Assembly (NCBI GenBank): GCA_003427395.1
Contig: BFEA01000025.1
Location: forward strand, 4,008,090 to 4,060,700
Length of the DNA: 52,611 bases
DNA from: Chara braunii
Lineage: Eukaryota > Plantae > Charophyceae
Direction: 5' to 3'
The position numbers and the translations under genes are program-made. Below, one piece after another: positions 36,688-49,231 of this stretch; within the stretch, counting starts at the first letter, position 1; the number at the start of each line of letters is the position of its first letter. The notes under the pieces are model-generated. The model was not told the DNA's origin. It ran no database searches and saw only the letters and a program-made list of their open reading frames with translations.

Positions 36688-37393
36688 TTCTGTCTCTGTC
36701 TCTCTGTGAAACACACGCAAACACACATGCCCTCTCTATTTCGCTGTCCATACCGACCCTTGGCTATTACCTTTTAGGGGTTGAAAGGCATCATTCTTTG
36801 TCCAGCCAGAAGCCATGGGTAGTTCTGCAGAAATCATGCGTAGTTTTCTAAAGGCACATCAGAAAGAGAGAGCATCCGTTCTCTATGACATGACAACTTC
36901 CTGGGTGCATGTAAACGTTTAGGCTGAATTGGGCCTCTTTGTTTTTGTTTTTGGTCTTATTTTCGGTCGACAAATGCTTGTTCTTTTCTTTTCTCTTAAT
37001 TTCATGCTGTATAAACCTCTGTGTAGTTTGTACGAGAAATATTTCATTGGCTCGTTTAACTGCTGTGGTAGGGACATAGTGAAATGCTGAGACCGCTCGT
37101 GTGTGCAGATACCATTGGGAGAAAGAATGAGAATTTTCCCTGAATGTGCGTTGGCACTTGTAGCAGCAGATGCTTTTCTAGCAGCACAGGGGAGAACAGC
37201 CTGAGAGAAGGAATTCTCTCCTCTTCCAAAAAAATAGAAGGAAAAAAAGAAGAAAATTCATCTTTCGTCTTTTTTTTTTTTTTTTTCCCACAAACGAAAG
37301 ATGTCTTTTCTTCTTTCGTCTGTTTCATTTCCAGCAGTGGAGCGATTTTTTCTTCTGTTCCGGGGGAACAAAAAAAAACTCATCTTTCATCTG

Positions 37394-37575
37394 TTTTTTT
37401 TTTTTTTTTTTTTTTTTTTTTTCCCAATGGGCGACGGCCTTGAGATATCATCATTAAGCTGACCGGCCCCAGGCAATTCAGAAATAGTTGGTTTTACAAC
37501 TTTACTCGTCAAATTCCATCATCTGGATTCGAACTCGGGTCTGTATTTTCAACAATTTATGGGTTTCCTTTCCAG
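37394..37575 (-). mobile_element. tRNA-derived SINE copy with poly(A) tail
   Basis: T29 on + (the A tail), body GACGGCCTTGAGATATCATCATT.AGCTGACCGGCCCC shared with 41651-41832, and B-box GAGTTCGAATCC on the minus strand. Confidence 0.8.
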
Positions 37576-37616
37576 TAGTTGAGTGATTCTTTCTTTTTTT
37601 CCTTTTCCCACCCCCC

Positions 37617-37656
<40 letters not shown>

Positions 37657-40357
37657 GAAACAATCGCATGTCTATATATTTTGCAAAGCAGAAAGAGGCC
37701 TAGGAACCTCACAAATCTACCCGGGACTGAGGGCATTACTCAGCTTCGCTTGACCAGATGCAATCTGGCAAATTGAACCAACATGAAAAGCAGCAGAACT
37801 CAACTACTGTCACCGACTTGAAAAAAAAAGAAAAAGAAAAAAAAAGAGAGAGACGGACGACCACTCTCCAAGAGCACAGGCTGGGACAGGTAACTTGAAT
37901 CCTAATGCGGATTCTAACTCCGATCACAAACTTCTCTCTTTCGGGGGGTGAATGGGGTGGGTACTGTTCTGTTTGCTTTAGCAGCCTTACAGCAGGGGTT
38001 GGAAGAGGAGGGNNNNNNNNNNNNNNNNNNNNNNNNNNNNNNNNNNNNNNNNNNNNNNNNNNNNNNNNNNNNNNNNNNNNNNNNNNNNNNAAGGGGAAGG
38101 GAGGAGGGGGAGAGAGTGGGGTTTCGAGGAGGAGGAGGGGAGAGGGAGGGGGAGAGGGACCGTTGAAAGGGAGACAGCGAGGTGGGAAAAGTACTTGAGG
38201 CTTGAGGTAGTTCTCATCTGTGTCGTCCTCCCCTCTTCCGCTTGGGTGGGTTTTGAATGCCATTTTTTTTAAGGGGGGAAAAAAAGAATCCCACTGTTGT
38301 CGCCGAGTTGGCGCTGACCTGAATCATTCTGGTACGGTGTTATGAACTGATCAGCAGAACGTTTTGGCTTTTTTTTTTCCTTCTTTGTTGTTGTAACTGA
38401 TGCCACAGATTCTTCACAGTCTATTTGCGGTTTAACGGAGACGAGGTTTGATACGATGTACTGTAGGTGGAAAAGAGAGCGTACAAAGTGGAGGTACTGT
38501 CCCCTTGTGCATGGGCATGAAGCATTCGGGGGGAAAAAAAAAAGAAGGGATGTAGGGTAGGTTCCACCGTCTGAGGGAAGTGTTTTTTAACTTCTTCTTT
38601 TTGTCCCCCTTGTTTCTTTTAGGGAAAAGTTTTTATAAACGTTATACAAATGTTCTTGCTCACGAAAAATATTTGTGCCAAACAGGAATGCATATGTCAA
38701 TCAGAGTTGCTGTCACTCGGATAGGCCCGAGTGGTCTCGGGCTGGGCAGGCCAGACAGAGTTGGTACTTAGCTTATATTTGACAAAATAGGCCCTCAGGT
38801 GTTCTTCTGGTCAGATGCAAAGTCTCACATGACATTACGCTCTTGACACTTATTTTCTCTTTCGTTAAACCCGCAAGTACACGGCCCCAGCCTTGCAGAA
38901 AGTTTTCGCCGCCACAAGCAAAACTTGGAGGGGCCGCGCGGCATGGGGCGCCGTTGAAAAAGAAAATCGGTGGCCTCTGAAGTGGTGCGGGTTTCGTGCT
39001 GACACCCGTGGGCTGATGTGTGGTGTACTGGTGCTTTAAACCCGCAAGGTCACCGAGGTCTTAGGCCTCCTCTGGTGCGAATGCATATGGACCTGCACGG
39101 TGCAGGTGCCACTTTGAAAAGGCGCAGGTGCAGGCTCGCAAGCCTTGGAAGATTAGCTTCATCAACTCAGGCTTAAACCGCCAGTACCGCAGAGGGGTCT
39201 TAGGCCCCCTCTGGTGCGAATGCATATGGACCTGCATGGTGCAGGTGCCACTTTGGCTTCATCAACTCAGGCTGGTGTGAACTGGTGGTTATCTCAAATT
39301 GCTGAACCTGGATTTTTTTTCTGTGCCCGAATAATTCAACTGGTCCTGTCGTGTATATCGAAAGTGCGGCCTCCTTGTATATTGTCGGAAGTTTCGGAGG
39401 AGCGGAGTTGTATTGGTGGTAAGTTCAGTAGCATCATGCCGGTTGCTCAGATCCATGTGCTGCGAAGGGGTCTTCTTGTATGCTGCGTTAAGTTCCGGCT
39501 GTTTTCCTTCGGGCAGCCTCATTGGGGGGTACCGGCCATCTCTGGAAATGCAGCAAGCTATCTTGCCTCACATGGAGTCATGTTGCTTTTTCTTTTTGTT
39601 TCTGGGAACATTGCTGGTAGTCTTTGGACCATTGCCATGGGGAAGAAGTCCCAGTTGCAGAGCTCTTTTTGAGTGGGGCCCGGACTGGTCGCGAAAGCGA
39701 CAATGCGCTTTGAAACGGCGCAGGTGCATGCTCGCTAGCCTTGGAAGGTTAGCTTCATCAACTCGGGCTCGTGTGAACTGGCGGCTTAAAGTGCTCCTGC
39801 GGTCGCCCCTTCGACGGCAGAAGACGGGAAGATCAAGCGGACTCCGATGTTAGGCTGGTGGGCTTGATCCACTGTGATGTGGGCTGCAGATGGCCCGCCT
39901 CCTCTGACAGTAGCACTAGACCGCACCCGCTGGTCCGAAGACAGACCGCGAGGCGTGTCACAAGGAGAGCAGATCTACATCTGTCGGACCTGTCGCCTCG
40001 AGTCACCATCTCTCACTGCACTCATGCCGGTGTTATTGTGATGGGATGCCGGACCTGATCTCCAGCAGGTGCAGGTCACCACGAATGGAACGGACAAAAA
40101 AAAACGACATACTGCCTGTCTATCTTTGATCAGTCGTATAAACACCCGGCTGACGGTGAAAGTCCTCCTGCCCATCTAGCATCCCAGAGCACTGAGAATT
40201 TTGCCCAGCTGAACATCCAGCTTCTCAGGTTGATGAAAATTATGCCCGCTTGGGCACCTAGCAGATCCCCCAGGGTATTTTGCACACTAAACACCTGAAG
40301 CATGTATAGTACAGTGTGCTTGGAGTTTTTACTAGTTATGGGTGTGCTTCTTGTCCA

Positions 40358-40510
40358 CTTCAGCAAATGAACAGGTAACCTATTGCTCTCCCTCTGCACA
40401 CTGAACTCCTGACCCCTTCAGCAAATGGACAGGTAAAAACGACTGCTCCTCCTGTGCACGCTGAACTCCTGACCCCTTCAGCAAATGAACAGGCAAACTG
40501 CTCCTCCTCT
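40358..40510. repeat. ~59-bp tandem repeat, about 2.5 copies
   Basis: CTTCAGCAAATG.ACAGG...CTGAACTCCTGACCC recurs at 40358, 40416 and 40476. Confidence 0.9.
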
Positions 40511-41023
40511 TGGGCATACTGAATTATGACAATTTGAACTGATTTCCATATCAAGGAATCCTTCTTTGGTGGTGACGATGGAACTGGAAATTGTGGTCCA
40601 TCGTGCTATCTACGGATACCATTATGTACTGGATCCACTAGGGGGGGGGGGGGGGGGGGGGGGTCAGTAGGAAATATGCCTATGTTCATAATCTAGTGGT
40701 ACACGAACATGAAAACACTGCCTGGGTGCAGAACCTGGTGGTACGTCAACATGCCGAGAAACTCGAAACACTTCGGCCACCTTGGCGGATCAAGCGTGGC
40801 AGAGCCCAATGAGCCTTTTTCACACAGATGAGAGAGCCTGCAGTTATTTACAAATCCTCGGATCAAGGCTGGCTACTTTGTCAGTTTGTGTGTTTCGTCG
40901 TTGCGCAGGGGGCCATGCAGATCATCTTCGTGTCGTTGTTGTTGTTGTTGTTGTTTTTGTTTTTGTTGTTTGTTTGCTTGTGCAGGGGGCACTGAAATAT
41001 TCTCTGTATTGTTTCAATTTTAA

Positions 41024-41164
41024 CAGATGTGCAAAAGGACCGAAGCGATCTACTTTCCAGACAAGTCGTATAAACAGAATAACAGGCCATACCAACTGTA
41101 GTCAAATCAACGCGTTTATACGACTGTCTGGAAAGTAGATCGCTTCGGTCCTTTTGCACATCTG
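41024..41164. mobile_element. 141-bp hairpin element (MITE-like) flanked by TTAA
   Basis: 51-52-bp arms identical except one indel, a 38-nt spacer, and TTAA at 41020-41023 and 41165-41168. Confidence 0.75.
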
Positions 41165-41650
41165 TTAATACGAGGAGTTCTTAATGACCTCCTGGGTAAT
41201 GGTCCCAGTATTGTGATCTCCTGGTTGTATTGTGAGGCTCCCTAGTCCCAGTGTTTTTTTTGGAATGAGAAGTTCTTAATGACCTGTTTAAAAGGAAAGG
41301 AACAACTGCGGTAAAGACTTTTATTGTTTTCCCCTTTTTTATTCGCCCTCTTTTTTTTCCCCTCTTTTTTTTCCCCTCTTTTTTTTCCCCTCTTTTTTTC
41401 CTCCTCTTTTACTTCCCCTCTTTTATTTCCCCTCTTTTATTTCCCCTCTTCCCCCCCCCCCCTGAAGTATACAAAGTAATGGAGAACAAAGCCGGAGAGT
41501 CGCTTCGTTCAACGTAAAATTCTTTTGTTCTCTTGGAGCCATGTGTTGTTAAATATGCAGCAATGATTTTAGCTGGTCTCCATCAACCTGTGTCTTCTTC
41601 CCTTCCCTTGTCGTATTTTTTACCGTGTGACCCTGTAGGTTTCGGTGGGC

Positions 41651-41832
41651 TTTTTTTTTTTTTTTTTTTTTGAAGTGTGACGGCCTTGAGATATCATCAT
41701 TGAGCTGACCGGCCCCCCAGGCAATTCAGAACTATATTTGGTTTAAAAATTGTAATAATCAAGGTCCATTATCTGGATTCGAACTCAGGTATGTAGTACA
41801 ACAGTTCATGGGTGTACCTACTGAGCTAGGCT
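41651..41832 (-). mobile_element. tRNA-derived SINE, near full length (~180 bp)
   Basis: Minus strand: A-box TAGCTCAGTAGG, B-box GAGTTCGAATCC, body shared with 37394-37575, and an A21 tail. Confidence 0.85.
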
Positions 41833-42582
41833 CTTGGGTATGCCTTCCTCTTTTACGAGGAGCTCACAGCAATTGACGCACCATCGTTGCACCTTGCGCT
41901 TGAGCAAGGTCGTCCCATCTATCGTTCTCTACAGGCTTGGATGGAGATGGGCAGCAAAATTTGCTCAGCTTCTGCATGGCCAGCCATAGTGGGAGGATGC
42001 CAACTCCTTTGGCCGGCAATCCTGATGTCATCAGCTTTGATGAACCCGACACAGGGTAGGACCGAGTCCTAAGATCATACGGTGGTACGTCGTTCATGTG
42101 AGTTGCCCCTTCTCAAATAATTCAGAAAATGGCAAAAGAAACATGTCAAAATTATATAAATCATAAGTGGATTGGAGGTGTTTTGACCAATTGGAAACAC
42201 ATTTTTTGGATGTGCAAGCGCATTTTCCACACTTCGAAACCTTATCGCTCAAAGCTTGGTTGGTCGCCGCTGATCTGACACCTCCCGAGACCTGTAATGT
42301 GGTAAACACAATGTATTTGAGGATGTTGACTTGTGGGGGGGATACGAACCATCTCCACTAATGCTCCCCAGAAAGGATATGGAGCCAGGACCAGCAGGGG
42401 GGCTGTTTTATCGGGAAAAAAGAAGAAGAAAGAAGGAAAGAAACGGGCAGCAGCTGGGATATGCGATTTTCGAGCGGACTGTCCCAGGTTAATTCAAAGT
42501 TGTTTTTTGGCTGTAATGATTCCATCTGCATTCGAATTGACATCTGTAGGTCAGCAGTTGCATGGGTGGACTGAGCTGTGGG

Positions 42583-45027
42583 CATAAGCCCACGTAAACC
42601 CACGTTTACCCATGTATAATTATTATTACCCACATTTACCCATGTTGCCCTCTTTTACTACCATCGGTATTAACCCACAACATTTTACCCGGATGGGCAT
42701 AAACCCATGTCTACCCATGTTTACTCATCTGTACCCACAAGCGTACAAACCTGTGTATTCTCACGTTTACCCACATGTACTCAACACATGCACCCACATT
42801 GGTATAAACTCTCGTATACCCACGTTTACCCACATATACTCATGTGAGTATAAAAATCCGTCTGTACCCGCGTTTTTCCAAACTTGCCTACATACCTCCC
42901 CGTGTGTACCCATCTGTAACCACATGGGTGTAAGCCCATGCATACCCGTATTTATCCACATGGGTATAAAGCTACGCATATCCACATCTGCCCACATGGG
43001 TACAGAGGCGTGTATACTGAAAAACTCACCCACGTGTATCCGCATTTATTGACTCACACCCCCCCATGGGTATAAACCTTATATGTATGTTGACCAACAT
43101 TTACCCAATGGGTAAAGACCGACCCATGTTTAACCCCGTATCCCTGCAGGGGAAGAAACCCACGTATACACACATTTACGCACTTGGTTAGAAATCCATA
43201 CATGCCTGGGGACTCCCACTTTTCGGCCCTGAGTAACCATGAATGATCCTGAAGTTAGGGTTTCGGGGTCAAATTTTGTGTTTTTTTGGATTTTTTTTTT
43301 TGCCTGTTTTTGTTTTTGGACAAGCTTGCTGTGTGTCAAATTTGGTGTCATTAGGTTTATTAGAATTTGTGCTGTTGATCATCCTGAAAATCCTGAAATT
43401 TCGATGATTTTTTTTTTGGCAAAATTGCCTGAAAATGCACTTTTGAGGTGCTGTTTTATGTGTTTTTAATTATTTTTTTTTGCTTTTTGTTTTATAATAT
43501 GTTAGTAAGAAGTGCACTCTATACATTGGTGTGGAGTTTGCTTGAAATGGCCTTATGGTTTTCTTATAAATTGAGGTGAAAAATGGGGGGTTGGTTAACC
43601 GGCTCTCAGTCGATGCATACCCATGTTTACCCACGTATACCCATGTATACCCATGTTTACTCACATTTACTGGCATGGGTATAATCCCACGTAAATCCAC
43701 ATGTACCCAAATTTACCCCAATGGGTAAACCTATGTATGCGCACATTTACCCACAGACACCAATATTGGTATAGACCGGCATATACCCACGTTACCCACA
43801 TTTGTCCACATGGGTCTAAACCAATGTATACCTACGTTTACCCACATATACTCACCCATCATGGTCTCAAGCCCACATTTACATATGTATGCTCACATGG
43901 GTCTGAACCCGCATATAGCCATGGTTATCCAAATTTACCCACATCGGTATAAATCCACGTATACTGAGGTTTACCTACTTTTGCAGACATGGGTGTAAAC
44001 CTTAGTATACCCACGTTTACCCACATTCAACCTCATGGGTGAACCCATGTGTACCCCTGCTTACCCACATGCACCCGCATGTGTATTAACCCTCTGAGTT
44101 CCTATGTTTACCCATGTTTACCCATGTTTACCCAGACAGGTATAAGCCCACTTCTACCCACATGGGTATAATCCGATGTATACCCATGGTTACCTACATT
44201 TATTCACATAGGCGTACCTCGATGTATATCCACATGTACCAACATTTACACAAATCCATGTATAACCTTACTTATCCCGTCTACCCATATCGGTATAAAC
44301 AAACACATACCCAAAGTTTACCGATGTGGCCGTAAATGCACGTATACGCACATTAAAGCACGTTTACAACATTTACACAAATCCATGTATAACCTTACTT
44401 ATCCCTGTCTCTTATACACATCTAGATGTGTATAAGAGACATGTATAACCTTACTTATCCTGTCTACCCATATCGGTATAAACAAACATATACCCAAAGT
44501 TTACCGATGTGGCCGTAAATGCACGTATACGCACATTAAAGCACGCTTACCCACCTTGGTATAAGCCCTTGTATACCCACATCTACTCAAATGGGTACCA
44601 ACCTACATTTTACCATGCTTACCAACATATACGCATATGGGTATAGACCCATCTATACCCATGTTTATCGACATTCACTGAGACGGGTATAAGCCCATAT
44701 ATACCCACATTTACCGGGATTTACATGCATGGCTATAAAGTAGTATAAACCCAAGTATGTCCACATTTGGCCACGTGTAGATATAGACCACTGTATACCC
44801 ACTTTACCCACATGGTTATATATTTACCCACATTTCTCCATTTATGCCCATGTTTTTACCCATGTCTACTTTTACGTGGGTATAAACCCTCGTATATCCA
44901 CAATTACCCACAACAAGCCATGTGGGTATAAAACATGGTATACAATCGTTTACCTACATAGACCCACACAGGTATAAACCCATGTATACCTACGTTTACC
45001 CAGATTTACCGACATGGGTATAAACTG
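42583..45027. repeat. Degenerate satellite built from ~11-bp subunits (TTTACCCACAT / GGGTATAAACC / CATGTATACCC)
   Basis: Dozens of diverged copies, interrupted by a T-rich block at about 43205-43610. The same repeat reappears at 50636-50760. Confidence 0.9.
44405..44441. other. Nextera mate-pair junction adapter (two inverted Tn5 mosaic ends), an assembly artefact
   Basis: CTGTCTCTTATACACATCT followed directly by AGATGTGTATAAGAGACA, i.e. 37 of the 38 adapter bases. Confidence 0.98.
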
Positions 45028-45276
45028 TACTTGTGGTGCATCAGGTGCATGCAAGTTGCGTACGTGCGGTGCACAGTGCATGCCTGGGCACGTGATGCGG
45101 CACACCCAGTTAAAAATAGGGGTCGATAGGAAAAAAAAATCAGTTTCAGGAGGAACAGGGTGTGGTGGCCAACCCCCCGCCCCTGCCTGCTAGAAAATGG
45201 AAGTGCAAAAGGAAAAAAAAAAAAAGATCATGGTCGTGTGCAACCAAAAATTGTATGTGCGCGTGCGTGTCTGTGC

Positions 45277-45322
<46 letters not shown>

Positions 45323-46045
45323 CTCGTTAGACACTCATCGGGCCTTCCTTGGGGCCCGAGGAAATTTTCTTTTCGTCGCTCGAGGAAATTCCTGTCGTCG
45401 TTTCACTGATCCTCGGAATGGGCCCCCGAGGACGATTCCTCGGGGGCTCCCGCGGCCAGTTTCATACATCGACAAGCGGACGGGGGTTGGGGGGGACGGT
45501 GGTCCAGCGAGGTCTGTCCATGCCGACGTCGTTGGTCCAGTTTGGGTGGGCATTGCAAAATCGAAAGTCAGCTGCCTTCAAAAAAATGAGGGCGTTGAAA
45601 AAGGTGCGCAGTCCCAGATTCAAATTTCGAAATTCGAGTTTTGGCATGCGAGTGAAGGCGCGCGTGGGTGTCTGAAACAGCTGACGGCAGCAACGTTCCT
45701 CCGCGGAAGCGTTTGGGTATGAGGTGGTGACTGCGTGTTGGCGGGCACGGCGAAAGTACATGTAGACATCCGAAGCAGCAGACAAGCCGTCACACGATTG
45801 TCGTCGTTGTCGTCTTGCCTGGTGGGCGTCGTCATCGACGTCTACGCCGTGTACTCTGGTTGTCACTCGCGGCATCACTGTACTGTGCCTCGGCAGTGGT
45901 GAGGTGTTGTGTAGTTCGCGACGTCCATGTCGACAAAAGCAGTATCGGCGATGGACATGAAGGGGGAGCCGGGCCGTGGCGTGCTGAGCACGACGGAGAG
46001 AACGACGGTTGCAGCGGCCGTGAACGCCATCTTTTCCGTTGTCTG

Positions 46046-47278
46046 ATGGAGAGGAGCGAGGGGAGGATGAGAGCAGCGGTTCACGCACGACGGAAGAAGA
46101 CGTTGCAGTCCATGAATGTGGAGGGCTTCGACAATGCTACCATTTGCGACGTCGTGCTGCAGGTGTGCTATGCCATGTGGTGCGAAGCTTTTCCCAGAGC
46201 GACGCCCAGGTGATGGATGAAGTGACGGACAGGGGGGACGTGGGAGGATATGCGGCAATGCGACGACGCGATGACCGACTACTTCAGGGAGAAGCTGCAC
46301 ATGTCGCCACGTGTGTTCCGAGAGATCGCGAAAGCTTTGTCTCCCTTTCGGCAACGATATGTCATTTTCTAGAGGCAGCCGTTACAGCCTCACCACATTG
46401 TCGCGTACACTTTGTACCGGTGGGCATCGGGGGAGACGCATGAGAGCGGGACATGCAGCTTCGTCATTGGCATATCATCTGGGTTGGTGGCTGTGCGGGG
46501 CGTGGCTGCGGCGTTGTTGAGTGTGTACCTTGACAAGATATCGTGGCTGACGGGGCTGCAGAAGGCGGTCGTCTTGCGCGCTTTCGTTGACAAGGGTTTC
46601 CCAAACTGCCATGGGTGCATCAAATGCACCCACATCTACATCGACAAGCCCGCGAACGCCCCCGGGGAAGACTACGACGATCGAAAACGCCGTTTCTCCG
46701 TCCAGACGCAGGTGGTCGTCGATTTGAACTTGCGCATGCTCGACGTGTTCGTCGGTTATCTGGGAAGTTGTCAGGATCATCCACCTGTCAAGTTTATGGT
46801 CGCGCGCGAGGGAAGGGAGCTTTTCACTGGGCCACCTATCATGCTGCCTTTCCAAGTGTAGACGAACGGGTATTTGCTGGGCGACAACGGTTATCCCCCC
46901 TCTGAATGGGTAGTCGTCCCGTATGGCGGTCTCGCAACGCACCCGTCGGAGTTGCGCTTTGATAACAAACAGAAGACGACAAGGGGGGCAGTTGAGAGGG
47001 CTTTCGATAGATTGAAGGGGATGTGGAGGTTGTTCCTTTGCTCCCATAAGACGAACATGGACACGTTGCTGCAGCAGTTCGTCGCCGTGTGCATTCTGCA
47101 CAATATACTGTTCGACGTGGACATCCCATTCGACAATCTACTGTAGGAGGTGGTCCCTGATGGTGTGCGTCGCCGGGCGGATCTTGGGATACACAGGCCC
47201 TTGAGGCACATGGAGTCATCGACGGGGGACGCGCTGATGCTGCGGCACGCACTGGCGGAGCGAATGAATGCGCAGTGA
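46046..47278 (+). pseudogene. HARBI1-like DDE transposase pseudogene
   Basis: FREKLHMSPRVF; LYRWASGET; GFPNCHGCIKCTHI (first catalytic D changed to K); GSCQD; YLLGDNGYP; RGAVERAFDRLKGMWR; CILHNI. In-frame stops, e.g. at 46211, 46859 and 47144. Confidence 0.92.
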
Positions 47279-47656
47279 AGATGGCCAGGCGTGCGGATTG
47301 AGCGAGTGTGATGACGAGCGTGTTGTGAGAAAGAGGCGCAGACGACGCTGGAAGCCGGCAAAGAGGTCGTATACCGTCCATGAAGAGGTGTATGACTGTC
47401 GATACGCGCCGTTGCCGCTCCCGTGTAGCTCTGTAGCCGTCCAGTCCTGGGTGGACCCACTTCCCAGTGTCACGGTCCACGACCGTGTGTCATCCGCCTC
47501 CACGTCGGACGGATCAGGCAGAGGTTGCAAGTGCGGCGGTAAGTGCGCGTACCCAGCCCACTCCGACGGCCTTGAACTCCTCGACGGGGTTTGCCCAGCC
47601 CGCTGGCCACCGCCCTGCTCCCCCGCAGACCTGCAGATCGCCTGGCGCTCCTCCAT
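47216..47656 (-). pseudogene. Probable N-terminal remnant of the Harbinger second (Myb/SANT-type) ORF, internally deleted
   Basis: Convergent ORF inside the TIRs at the position expected for ORF2. No Myb domain is visible in what remains, so the call is positional. Confidence 0.45.
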
Positions 47657-48593
47657 CCTGACGTCCTTCGACGATTACCGCCTTCTGCATGCACGTCGCG
47701 GAATGCTACGGACGATGCACACGTGGAACACAACTAAAACGAGGAGCAAGAGGACGACCAGCACCAGCAGCGGCAGCCTCCGAAAGACGTCGGCACGTGG
47801 ACGACGGCAACAGCTAGAAGACAACGGTGGACGCCCAGGAAACGACGACGAACGGTGCTCCAAACGGTCGATCGCAGATATCGACAAACGAAGGGTAACA
47901 TATCCTGTCGTGGAAGACACTGCGCAATCGGGAGAGCAGGGGCCGGCTGAAGTATTCAAATCTGCCAAACTGTTGGGCGTCTTCCCGCTCGGGGCCAAGG
48001 GCACCGATGCGATACAGCCCCTTCTCGACGTCTTGGAGGCCGGTAGGTCGTCAACGGTGACCGTTGGCGGACAATTTCATGACGCCGAACGTTGCTGACC
48101 GAAGATGTCCGTCGACAGGCCGCCAGGAACAGAAATGGACCAGCTGAGTTCGAGAATTGTCATCGAGAGGGTTGCCGTCGACGCCCCGATTCTTCCGGAT
48201 GCTCGACCTCCGAGGGACCTCGGGAGGTCCCTTGGGGAACGCGTTGAAATGGCTGTAGCTCGAGGATCCAAGGAATCCTCGAGGGAATGTTTTCACATTT
48301 TTTTTTCAATTTCTTCCCCAAGGATAAGTGGAACGATGAATTCCTCGGGGGATTTACGCGCCCAAGGAGTGTCTAACGAGCCTGTGTGTGTGTGTGCATG
48401 TTCTAAATGAATTCGATCTGTTTTCCTTGTTCGATACAGCCATGATGAGGGTGTGGTGTTCCTTTGGAAAGGGACAACTCTTATGAGATTTAACTGTGGA
48501 AATCACCTTTTTGTTTTTTGCTATTGCTGGCAAACCATTGAATGCACCATCAGAGGGAGAGACAGAGGGGTAAGTGTTACATCAGGGCACTTT

Positions 48594-48925
48594 TCTCTCC
48601 CTCTGAATGAACATAGATGCATTTCAGGTCCAATTCCTGTAGCTCTCTCGTTTCTTTGTTTTGCTTTACATCAGGGAATTTTTCTCTCCCTCTGAATGAA
48701 CATAGATGCTTTTCAGGTCCGATTCCTGCAGCTCTCTCGTTTCTTTGTTTTGCCTTTTTTCCGAGTACATGCCTGTAGCTCTTTCATATTGGACCTACAC
48801 ATGGCAGTGCACTGCCCGAGGGAGAGACGGGTTACGGCTACATGATGATGCCACTTATCTCTCCCTCTGAATGAATGAAGACGTGTATCAGGCCTGATTC
48901 CTATAGATCTCTTTGTTTCTGTCTT
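48594..48925. repeat. Three copies of a ~70-90-bp unit
   Basis: TCTCCCTCTGAATGAA...TCAGG.C..ATTCCT..AG.TCTCT..GTTTCT at about 48594, 48684 and 48860. Confidence 0.85.
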
Positions 48926-48975
48926 TACTTCCAAGTACGTGCAGTGGCCCTACAAATTACGTGCAAGGACCACGA

Positions 48976-49035
48976 GGCCTAGCTGAGTTGGTACATCTGT
49001 AACTGTAGAAATACAGACCTGAGATTGAATCCAGT
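48976..49035 (+). mobile_element. tRNA-derived SINE head, degenerate copy
   Basis: GGCCTAGCTGAGTTGGTACA...AAATACAGACCTGAGATTGAATCCAG matches the heads of the minus-strand copies. Confidence 0.6.
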
Positions 49036-49154
49036 TTATATGTTGATCCCTGCATGTTATTCAACGTCTTTCTGTACGGTGATGAACCCTTGCTCCCTTT
49101 CACTCCAGGGGCCCTTCGACTTACTTTCAGGGGGTCTTTGAATGTGGAAGGGGC

Positions 49155-49231
<77 letters not shown>

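Larger units (their letters stand above)
45321..48382. mobile_element. PIF/Harbinger DNA transposon, 3062 bp, defective
   Basis: Perfect 16-bp TIR GGCTCGTTAGACACTC / GAGTGTCTAACGAGCC (21/23 when extended), TGT on both flanks, subterminal CGAGGAA motifs and an internal transposase. Confidence 0.92.

Noticed and set aside
44405-44441. Bacterial Tn5/IS50 insertion or horizontal transfer
   Set aside because: The sequence is the synthetic hyperactive mosaic end in the exact mate-pair junction arrangement.
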